Below, piece after piece: positions 1 to 12,050 of a stretch of DNA of 64,000 nt. Every line of letters starts with the position of its first letter. Position 1 is the stretch's first letter. The position numbers were made by a program, and so were the translations under genes. The stretch comes from Felis catus (lineage: Eukaryota): positions 157,048,001 through 157,112,000 of the forward strand of contig NC_058368.1 of NCBI RefSeq assembly GCF_018350175.1, in the 5' to 3' direction. A model generated the notes under the pieces. It was not told where the DNA came from. It made no database searches and saw only the letters and a program-made list of their open reading frames with translations.

Positions 1-1983
1 ACACACATAAAAAATCCCATGTTGTTCCTGAGAATTGTTAATATAATTACATTCTTGCTTGTAGAAATAGGGATGAAACAGAGCTGACTCTTATATTCAA
101 TTACCAAAGATACAGAAATTTACATATTACCTTAGATACATCAAAAATTGCAGAGAAGAAAGAGGAAACAGATATGTCACAATGTTAATGACTTTTGCTC
201 TATGTAAGTAGTACAATTACAATAAGATTTCTTTTTTCTGTAACTTTTACTTTTCTATATTTTCCCAAATTCTCCTCCATTATCAGGTTTAACATTTATT
301 ACTTTAAAAGTATGTGAGTTGTGTTTTTAAGAGGATGCTATTTACAGTTTTCAAAATAAGACTTAAAAATTAATAATATAAAAGTAAAAGATATATATCC
401 AATTGTTTCACTTGAGAAGGGGGAAGGAAACAATAGACCAGTAATTTAGTGTCCTTGGACACAATAGTCACAGACTCTTTCATCCCACAAAAGGGAATGA
501 AAGAACTCCTAGGTGCCAAACATGTAAGGCCCAGGACCAGCCAGTTGCTGAGGAAATACCACAGACTCCCTCACACAGGCCAGGACAGCCATGGCAAGGT
601 GAGAAAGGAAGAGCTGGCACAGGTCGGGAGCCCAGGACCCAGCGCTGTTCCAGCTCAAAACTGGAGTCAAAACACAAACCAGGGCAGAAGGCCAGTCATG
701 TTCTCTAGGGAGTTAGGATGGTTTCCATAACATGGATACCTGAGTGCCCTGTGGATCAGTGTATATACATCCTCTAGGGGAAGACTCAGCTTCAGGCCAT
801 CAGACCCATTGCAGACTCCATTCAGCAAAGGGGAGGCAGGGCCTACAGCACTATCATGGCTATCACTGGCTCCATTCTGAGCATCCTCGAGCCTGTGCTG
901 GTTGACCAATATCAAGTCAGCAGGGTCAGGAGAGCCTATCGTCAGGATTCTTTATTAGCTTCCTTGATAATACATTTCTTTCTTTTTTTTTTTTTTTTAA
1001 GTTTTATTGGAGGGGAGAGCTTTCCAATTAAGTCTCTTAGGCCCTACATCAAGAAGTAAGACGTGGTAATTCCTTAGGCATTTGCAAAACGAATGATTCC
1101 TGTGTGTAGGTCTTAAATTTTACTCTGCTCACCATTACAGTATACAATAATATAAACCAAGACAAAATATCCCAGGAAAATATTTTGTTTAAGTTTTAAG
1201 CAGAGGTGGAATACTACTCATACTCTCCCTATTGAATTCAGTTCAGTGACGGGCTATCAAAATGAACATAAATCTGTGTCCTGTTTTTAATCTTAAAAAT
1301 AAAGAACATTAGAGTTTAAAACAGTTTTAGCATATTCCAAACAATGAGTACATTTGATGAACTCTTTCCTCCCAGAAATGCTGCAATATTATGAACTTTG
1401 ATGCAGTGGAACTTTCTTTCTAGTAGCACCGTGTTATTGAATTAGGTCAGTGTTCATACAGTCAGCTCTACTTAATACTAGTAAGTAATGTACATAACTG
1501 TGCTCTACTTTTATTTCTCATTGACTATAATAATCTGACATCCAGGTTTCCTAGAAAACAAAGTTATCTGGATAGACCAGATTTCTAGTTTGGGAGTTTG
1601 TTTTTGAAAATTAGCTGATTCCCCGCAGAAATTAGTATGATGGAATAATTCACTCCGTGAGAACTTCTTTAGTAACTCAGCCAATAATCACTGGATATTT
1701 CACTTTAAAAATTTTCTAAGAATAATCCATGGTTTGACTTGTCTAAAAAGTTTTTCTGACTGTGATACCAATCTATGAAATGCAGCTCTCTAGTATCTTT
1801 CCAGAACTTGACTTTGGTTTTAGTCTCCAGAAACACAGATGGGGCATGTGCAAGTTTAACTGGGCTGATAGTCTATGGTATATATTTTGTTTAAAACTAA
1901 AATATTTATATAAAAATAATATGGATAAGACTTCCATATAAAGTAGATGATGATACATTTTAAACCCGTGACCTTTATTTTAG

Positions 1984-2048
1984 GTAAGATTATCTCCAGC
2001 CACAATGTCAGCTAAGAATTCTACGGATCTAGTTGAATATGTTGACAG
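1984..2048 (+). CDS. FAM81B: FAM81B coding exon (first in window, 65 nt, phase 0 to 2)
   Basis: tttattttag|GTAAGATTA...GTTGACAG|gtaagt; encodes VRLSPATMSAKNSTDLVEYVD(R). Confidence 0.9.
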
Positions 2049-5000
2049 GTAAGTTGGTAAATTACAACGTGTTTTAACTCCTTACTCTATTTAATGATTC
2101 AGCTAGAGATTCAAGTGCCTGAATGAGATGTTTGAGTTCATCTAAACTAGTTCTCTGCTTTCAGAAGAGACGCATTAAATCATGTCAGAAGATGAACCTC
2201 TCTATGCTATTCCTTTCTGATTCAGAAAACAAGCCAGTTTTATTTTATTAATTTATTTAAAGCCTCCTCTTTAAATAACTTCCATAGGTTCCTATAGATT
2301 ATGAATAATGCCACACGAGTGACATGAAAAGATTGATACAGGTACCTATGACTTTCAAAGTAAACCAATAAATCTATTAACAATTTCATGATTAAAACTC
2401 AGAGAATTTGTAAGTATGTTAAATTAATCATCAGAAAATTTTGTTTCTGCTGTCCAGTGCCACACCTGGAGCTCATCCAGGGAAGGACTGCAGAAGAGGG
2501 TCTACTCTGGGGACTTGGAAATAGGACATATTATTAATGAAAGTGCAATGTCCAAAAGATCCTAGAACTCTAGTTTGTAAAGGTGGGATCACAGAGGCAA
2601 CGCATATTTGTTTGAATTGTTTTCTATTTTGTATGTCAGGAGATTTGGTCTGATGCAACAATTAATGCTTTTAGGACACTTGGGATTTAGTTTCGGGACT
2701 TGCACTAATTGTCTGTATGACCTCAGTCAGGCCCATCACGTGTCTTGGCTTTGGTTCTTTCATTTGCCAAATGAAGAGGTTTGATTAGAAGTTCTTAGGA
2801 CCCACTATAGTGTTTAAAAAATTCTGGTCATAAAATATACATTATGACAAACAAGAAAAATTATCAAACAAAAGAAATGATCAAACAACATGAGAAAAGT
2901 CTAAATACTGAATTTTCATTTTTTAAAATTACCTTTAACAATGAAGATGATAAACAATTTTTGAAGATGACAAACATTTTAAATTCACTGACTTTTTATC
3001 ACAGTCTGTTCACATGAAGGATTTCCCTGATCCTTTGCCGATCGAATGAACACACCACACAGAGTTCAACCACAATATTTCAGCCCCTTTTTTCATGCTG
3101 CCCATAACTTGTACTTGTTTATGTGACAATAAGGTCATAATCAAGGGAAAATGAAACCAAACAAGGGAAAAGGATTTTTTTAATGTTTAAAAATACAGTA
3201 TTTGGAAAGGTGACATTTTTTCTGAGCTAAGGACAAAGATTGTGGTGTGCATAAAAATAATTATTTTACAGGGACATATTAGCTACACTTGCCATCCAAG
3301 GAAGAATGGGAGACTTATTCTTACTTGAATCTACACATGACAAATAGAAAATAGAAATCATTCTTCTGATCTGTCAAATTCCAGTATGAACCCAAGTGGA
3401 TTTCTTTAGCCCAGGCTGCTGACCTACATACCAGGAGATGACAGAACGAATTCCTGGAAGACCATGACAAACCTACAAAGAAATTCAAGGAAATTTTTGC
3501 CCTTTCTTGGATTCCAGAGAAACTAAAATTAAGACAAAAGGGGAGAAATATTATGTAATTCAAAGCAAAAGTATAATGAAGATTATCTGGTACCAACATT
3601 CATTTCTCCCTTGATCTCCTTCAAAACCCCTCTCTTGCGGTCTAAGCCATATATCTATAACTCCTAGGTACCACCTAAGATGGTTGGGGTTTTTTGTTTT
3701 GTTTTGTTTTGTTTTGATCTTTCCGCTCTAATCTCCCAGAGCAGGCTGCAAACTCCCGAAACGCAGGGACTATAGGATATTATGCTTTCTGATCTCCCCC
3801 ACCTACATTCGTAGCCTATCACGGAGTATTGAATATTGATTCCTGCAGAACCATAGTGGACAGACTGAATGGAGAGTCTAGTGGAACAGCTGAGTCTTTA
3901 AGACTCTGCCTCATGCAGTAGACTCCTGGGTAGCTGATTAACTGGAAAAGCAAGGTGGCACACAGGCATTTCAATAATCAGTGAAGGTACTTCGAACTGA
4001 CATGCTAACTCCAAAAACATAAACATAAAAAACAATTTAAAAAATAGCTTCATCCATCAAGTCATAGTATTCATTGAGTGACAACAGATTTATTGATATG
4101 CAGAGAGGGCAATAACAGAAGCAAAAGTCATTATGAACTTAAGCTACCAGAATCTATATTACATATTCTCAGAGGTTCTGCCTTATAAATCTATATGGGA
4201 ATATTTATAGGAAATACTGAAAAAAAAAAAAAAACAAAACCAATAATAACAGCTCCAAAAAAGTGAGAATGAGCAATAAAATGGGTAATACATACCCTAA
4301 GAAAAAGGTTTGTCTAGAGACATGCACATTAAAAGACCTGGCAGACCAAGCACTGACAAGGCTCTTCCCAGCCTCAAGCAGTTGGAACAACACCCACACA
4401 TTATAGTACTTGTTAAATATTAGGTCATATTAATAATCCATGGAACAGGGGGAGGCAGAATGCTTGCAATCATTTATAGGACAAGTACGGTGACATTATA
4501 TTAAAGGCAGTAAATAATTCTGATTTCCACAATGTGTTCGTGGATTCACAGTGGCAGTGTGGCCAATGCTCATTTAAGCTTCACTGAACAGAAAAGCACC
4601 AAAGCCTTTTTTTTCTTTTTCTTATTTTTGTCCCTGTTGGTGGAAGGATCACCGCATTGAGGCCAGGCGCCTCAGGTCCGCTCTTGAATCTGCCTCTAAT
4701 TAATTAGCTATGGGACCTTGAGAAAAAGGAAATGCCTTTTCTTTGTGGGCAATCTCTGCCTCTTCTCTAAAATGGGGTGGAGTTTTAAGTGATGATGAGC
4801 AGCCTGAGTCCCAAGGGCTCTCTGTGTTCAAAATCAAATCCAGATTTCACTTCCGGGATGCAGCTCAGAAAGCTGCCTCTATGTGCTACTTTCTCAACTC
4901 TGGCCATAATTTCTCATAAGCATTCTTTTATGTAATAAGGCAAATGGCTAAGATTTAAGAACATGGACTATTACCCCTTGGGATTTAATTTTGAATAAAA

Positions 5001-6330
5001 AACAAATTCTGCCTATAAATCTCTTTTTATTTTTCTTCAACTGACTGCTGGAAAAAAATTCTTAACACTGAACCAACAATTTCTAAGGTCTCTTCCATCC
5101 CTCAAATTCTTTGGTCTTCTAAAACTGGTTATTACCTTTTATTCACTTAACAAATACTTACTGAGCATTTATTATGTGCTGGGCATTATGTTAGGCACTT
5201 AGACAGTCATTAGCAAAAAAACAGACAAAGATCCCTGCCCTCACGGGGATTCCATTCTAGCAGGAGGAAGGGACACACATTGTTAGATAGCCTGTCAGGG
5301 CAGGCCTCACTGAGACATCAGATGTGAGCAAAAACTAGGAGATGAGGGAGTTGGCCACGTGGAAATGTGTGGGAAGAGTAACGTTTCCAAGGCAGGAACC
5401 TTCCCGAGGTGCGGCTGAAAAGGCAAGGGGGCAAAGACGGCTGGAATAAAAAAAAGAGGGAAGTATAAACTTGAACCACCATGCCCCCTGGGCCAGGGAA
5501 ATGAAGTTGTTTGTTATGGAGGAGTTGTCCAGTACATATCTCAGAAATTCTCTCAGGAGTACAGTTTGGGAAGATGAGGGGTCTGGCTGACAACCAAAGA
5601 ATGGTATTTAAAATTGGGATACATAAAACTCTAAGTGAAATAGGCAAAAGCATACATGATTGATGATTTCTCCTTGTGAGTAGGATATGGCATTCAGGGC
5701 CTGTGAAGTATTTATTTTCAAGGTTTTCTCTTACTACCATGGCAGACATTTCATTGTATTGTGATGCATTGCTTTTCTTGGTACAAGATGATGATAGATA
5801 TTTCACATTACAGTACATAAGAAAGGAAGACAAAACACTGTTGGTTGAGCTTTCTATGGGATAGGTCATGTTAGGTTGGAGGACTTTCTGGTTTTGTTTT
5901 GCAACATCATATCCATCATTGAGGGCAACCAGCTCCCAGGTGAGAAAGCTCAAAACAGTCTGGGCAGCTTGGGAAGGAAGGGATACATGGGGCACTCTGG
6001 GTTCATTAGCAAGGTTTTTTATGATCTGGCAAACCCTCCTGCACCATGCACAACTCCCTGGTCTCACTGACCATATTTGTTGTTAAAGAGTCCAGTTCTT
6101 AGTCCATGTTAATCTTCTCATTTAATCCTCTCAATAACCCTAACAGCGGCATAGTGTCACTATTTTAAATATGAAGACCCTGGGGTTCAAAGGAGTCAAA
6201 TATTTGTCCAAGTGCACATAATACTATGACAGAACCAAGATTCTAATCCAGAAATCTATGTCTAAGTTATTCCAAAGCCTATTTTCTTAACCACCCCTCT
6301 ATCCACATTCCCTGCCAGCTATCCTCTCAA

Positions 6331-6373
<43 letters not shown>

Positions 6374-9300
6374 GTTTCACCTCCAGCCCATCCCTGGACC
6401 ATAGATGTGATTCAACCATAGATTTCTGATCTTCCTCCACTAGGGCCCCTCTGGGAGGAGTGGCCAACCTGGACTCACAGCATCCTATCTGTGCCTGGGA
6501 GGTGCTGCTATCAGCCACAGTGCAGTCTTTTATTCCTCTCTAGCATCTTCTCACTGCCTGCCCCGCAACCTGTGATGGGCAAGACTCTGGCTGTGGGTGG
6601 ACACAGCTACAGGAATTAGGCACAACCCACAACACCCACATATTGCTCAAGGCAGGGCCTGCCCAGATGAAGTTCAGTGCCTCCCACCCCAGGAGGCCCC
6701 CTGGATTCCCGCCACACCTATGAGCTTCTGCTCAAGTCTGAAAAATGCACTGAGGTCAGGTTGAGCCAGACTCAGTTCTCTGGAGCAGAGAGGGAGCCCC
6801 TCCAGCCTCTGGGCTTCAGTGAGGATCCTTAGGATTCCACAGTGAGATGTGAGCCAAGCAGAGGAAAGGTAACTGGTAATTACATAATGTATTCTGAGGT
6901 AACACAATATAACAGGAAGAGCTACTAAGTAGTCTAAGCAAAGCTGCTGTGATGTAAGAAAGAGTCAAAGAAGCAAATTAAAATATTTCCCAGCTGAGTG
7001 ACTGACAATCTCCAAGTCTCAGTTTCCATCTGAATTGAGAAAAATTTTACCTATGCCATGGGGGTAGTTGTGGGGATGAAATGAAATGATGTATATAACA
7101 ATGACACGTCAGGGGCACCTGAGTGGCACAGTCTGTTAAGCATCCAACTCTTGATCTCAGCTCAGGTCATGATCTCACAGTTCGTGAGAGCAAGCCCCCC
7201 ATCGGGCTCTGTGCTGATGGTGCGGAAACTGCTTGGGATTGTGTCTCTCCTTCTCTCTGCCCCTCCCCAACTTGTCCTCTCTATCTCTCTCTCAAAAATA
7301 AATAAATAAACTTTAAAAAAATTTTTTTTTCACCGTTTATTTATTTTTGGGACAGAGAGAGACAGAGCATGAACGGGGGAGGGGCAGGGAGAGAGGGAGA
7401 CACAGAATCGTAAGCAGGCTCCAGGCTCTGAGCCATCAGCCCAGAGCCTGACGCGGGGCTCGAACTCCCGGACCGCGAGATCGTGACCTGGCTGAAGTCA
7501 GACGCTTAACCGACTGCGCCACCCAGGCGCCCCAAAAATAAATAAATAAACTTAAAAAAATTGTTTAAATGACATGTAAACTATGAGCATTATATAAAAA
7601 TAAGACTGTGTAATAATAAATTCCTTACATTTCTCCATGGCTAGGAACTCCCCTTAAATAACTTACCATCTGTATTAGTTTCCTAGGGCTTCCATAACAC
7701 AGTATCATAAACTGGGAAGGTTAAAACAACAGATATTTATTGCCTCACATTGCTAGAGGTTAGAAGTCTAAAACCAAGGTGTTATCAGGGTTGGTTTTTT
7801 TTTTCTGAGGACTCTGAGGAAGAATCTTTTTCATTCCTCTCTCTTAGCTTCTGGTGACAGCTGGTGATTGCTGGTGTTCCTTGACTTCTAGATACATCAC
7901 TTCAATTTCTACCACCATTTTTACATGGTATTCTCCATATGTCTCCATTTTTACATAGCCATTTTCTTATAAGGGCATCAGTCATATTGGATTATGGCCC
8001 CACGCTCCCCCCTATGGCCTCATCTTAACTAATTACATCTGCAATGACCTTACTTCCAAATAAGATCACATTTTGAGGTACTAAAAATTAGGACTTCAAC
8101 ATATCTCCTTGTGGGGATACAATTCAGCCCATGATTCCATCTAATAATTACTAATAATTATAGTAAGAACATTTGTATGTGACACTTATAGACGTTGCAA
8201 AACACTTCAAGTACATTAAGTAAATTGATATCCTTCAGTCAATTGGTAGGGCAGGAGTCATGATCTCCACAGGACACAAAGATCTCTCCTCTGAACAACC
8301 TAAGAAAGGTTAAAGATAATAAGTGGCAGAGACAGCCCTTGAACCCTGGTCTTCTGACTCCAAATACGGTATTCTTTACCCGGGAGACTGACATAAATAA
8401 CACGTACATCCCCAAAATAGCAAGGCAATATGGAAAAGTGTCACAAAATAACTACAAAATGCTGTAAGAACTCCAAATATCATCAAAACTACTTGCTAGA
8501 GCAGTTTACATACACTTTGCCTATAAGTATAACTCATCATGCCCTCATTCACACAGAGACTCTGGAACACTTGCCAACTGAATGTCTCCCACAAGGAAGC
8601 CAATCACAACAGGTGCATCATTAATTCTGTAACTTTAATGAAAATTTTACTAACAAAGTGTTTGCCTCATATAGCATATAACTATTTTGCTAGAAATTAT
8701 CTACAACCAGTCTCCTTCTCCAGTCTCTCTTGGCCATGTCCTTATTTAGAGTCCTCTCCTCCAGGCTCCTTTAGGCAGACCTCATGCTGGCACAACCCTC
8801 TTGGCTTTGGTCTGCCTCTTCCCCACCTGTACCCACGAACCTGGAGTTGCCTCCCTCTCAATCCTAAAGCATTCAGTCTTGTGTAAAACCCAGCAATGGA
8901 GGCTTGTCTAGATGCCAAAATCCATTCGCCAGGGTGGTTAGAAATAAGCAACAGAGAAACTACGGAAAATATTTTTTTCAATTTCATTGTTCCATAAACT
9001 TACAGGTTATTTTTGTGAGGCATCAAAATGTTCTCTAAAATTTCACTTCACGTGTGTGTGTGTTGTGTGTGTTGCAGGACTGTATGCACTGAGAATGGAA
9101 CTAGGCATAGAAGATCTCCCAAAAATGAAAATTTTTTTCAGTTATACTCTTCATTGTTCTAGAAAAGAACTCAAATTTTCAAATTTCTGCATCTTGAGTA
9201 TTACAGGCTGACAAAATAGTTATCAGAATCTCCTAAGTAAATTTAGTGCTCGATTCACAAGAACAGAACAGGCAGAGAAGTGAGAGGCTCTAGGTACGGA

Positions 9301-9789
9301 TGCCTCTGCCAGCAACAGCACAGCTGGTACAAGTCACACCGAATCACAGAGAAACAGAACTCAGAGTTTGTGGAAAATCTGTTCAGATTCAGTTGTCAGC
9401 TACATAATCAATGATTTATGTAAAGCCCAAATATCTCTCTGAAAAGGCCCCCTGGGAATTCTTTCTCCTGTGCTTAGTAACTCCATCTGGACTAGCCTGG
9501 AATATTCAGTCATTTCTTTCCCTTCACAGTTAAATTTAGATGTAAGTCCCACTGATACAATACACTAATAAAACAGTGCTTTCTTTTTTTTTTTAAATTT
9601 ACTGAAAATTAGAGTGACCACATCTTGTTACTCAGTTTTTAACCATTTGGATGATCTTTGAAAAATGGTATCAGGAAACTCTCTTAGAAGACTGAGACTG
9701 TTCATACGTGTGTCTTTCCAGTTGTTGATTTAGAAAGTCAATTGCAAAATAACATTCTCTTTTTTTAAGTTATTTTTGAGAGAGAGAGT

Positions 9790-9824
<35 letters not shown>

Positions 9825-9837
9825 CGCATGGGAGAGG

Positions 9838-9873
<36 letters not shown>

Positions 9874-11997
9874 AAGAGAGAATCCCAAGCAGGCTCCACA
9901 CCGTGGAGCCCAATGTGGGGCTCAAACTCACAAACTGAGAGATCATGACCTGAGCCAAAATCAAGAGTTGGACACTTAACCGACTGATTCACCCAGGCAC
10001 CCCCATGATATTCTCTTTTGTTATGGTAATGGAATGGAAAAATATATAAGCTCTGTGTTTATCTTGCAGGAATCGTGTAAATAGAATGAAACAGCATTAT
10101 TTTGTGCTTCCTTAAGCATCATTAAGCTTCATCTTTAATGCTTCATTAAGCATTTTTTATTAATAAAAAATAATAAAACTCCCAATTTATAGTAAACCTT
10201 AGGCACAAAAAGGAATGCTTTCCACTTAAATATAAAATCACTTCTAAAAATAAATTTTACAAACTAAAGGAAACTATAGATCTATCACTTATATAGGTCA
10301 CTTAATGTCCCTATTGTTGCAGGAAAATACATTTGCATAACACTAGGTGCTGCCCTCCTTACTGGGTTCCTTCCATGAGCCAAATAGCAACATCATTGAG
10401 GCCAATCATGGCAAATGGGACCACAGACTGGCATCTGAGCAGAGGTGGCAGCTTTGTTCCACTGGTCTCTCTGCCACCTTAGGTCTGATTCCTCAAGTTC
10501 TTTCTGGACACAATCTTGACACCAGCCAATAAATAGCACACCCAAAGAGTGAGTGAACGGGGGCTCCCCATAACCCTGGGCTGCATTGGTTTTGCCGCCC
10601 CTACCACATGCTTCTCACATGTTATCTCTGTATTTACAACCACACAGTGAAGTAGGCCTGTTAGCCCCATTCAAGGATGAATTAATTGAAACACTTGGTT
10701 GGTCAGTGGTGGAACCTGTGTTCTGCCATCAGTCTATCTTGCCTACCACCTTGCTAAATTGCTTCTGACTCTCCATATAACTTGAGAGCTCATATTCTCT
10801 ATTTCACACCTCAGCACTTTATATATTCTGCCTTATCACTCACTGATCACAAACTGAGAATCACTCACTGATTCACATGACCAGTTTTAAATAAATAAAT
10901 GGGTTTCAATATCTAGAAGACATAGAATCATCTAAGTGCTTACTTAAAATGTTTATTCTTGCTCTGTCCCCCTCAACACCCAAGATTGTGATCTAACAAA
11001 TCTATGACAGAGCTAAGGAATCTGCATTGTAACAACTTCCCTCCCTTCTCCACCCCCCATGATATTAATTCAATTTTCTTTATGAGAAACCCTGAATTAA
11101 ACTAAGTTCCTTGAGGGACAGACCATTATCTATTATGCATGGACTAGAGTAGACATTTAGTAAATACTAATATAGTTTTATTTTAACTGACATTTTTATC
11201 GGTAGATTGTTAGATATAGATACAGTGCTTTCAGCTACACAGAACAAAGACTACAACCAAAATGATTAGTTCACATTTTTAAAAATCTAGAGTTTAGTTA
11301 ATTTAGAGGCTTAGCATCATCAAGCAAGTGTTTTCTATCCTTTTTTTTCCGCTATCTTCTTTTCCCTCATGGTCACAAGATGGCTTCAGAAGTTCCAGAC
11401 ATCACACACAGGCATGACAACATCCAGCAAACAAGAGAGAAGTTTCTTCTTAGGTGTTTTTTCTTGAAAGCAAAGAAACATTATCCAGAAACCCCACAAT
11501 AGGTTTTTCCTTTCACCTGACTGGCCAGGTCAGTCCTACCTAAACCAGCTTCATCTCAACCCAGAAGAATTAGACCACCATGATTGATTTGCCCCCCTCC
11601 CAAATGACATGGGGGGTGGGAGGATGAACCAAATCAGGCAGTGGTGGTGTGGGTTGGGGGGTTAACTATTAGGAAGTTAACCAACAATGCCTGACACACT
11701 GGGAACACCTAAGAGAACACAAATACTAAATTTTGAGAAGAATGTAGCATAATTTATAAGTATCTGTACAGGACTGATGACTAAGGACCAACTTCTCTTT
11801 CCCTGGCACATCCAGACTGCAGACTGTGGAGAGGTCAGAAAGCAGCACTAGCTCAAGGAAGGTAACAAGTAAATCTGCCGTCTGCCACTAGGCTATGTGT
11901 CACCATCAGCAGGGCCTGACATCCTCTTCCCTTCTGCCTGTGACTCATACATCCAATCGACAGAGCACTGTCAGCATGCTGGGGTTTTAGAGAAATG

Positions 11998-12050
<53 letters not shown>

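Noticed and set aside
440..930. Cluster of overlapping short ORFs in a GC-richer patch, considered as upstream FAM81B exons
   Set aside because: No resemblance to the FAM81B N-terminus as I recall it and no convincing splice-site pair; possibly an old repeat that I cannot classify.
5318..6067. Longest ORF in the track (249 aa, minus strand)
   Set aside because: GTG start, overlaps degenerate L2 sequence, no recognisable domain; consistent with chance.
6432..6452. CTCF-like motif ccactagggccc
   Set aside because: Only a partial match to the core, expected by chance in 64 kb.
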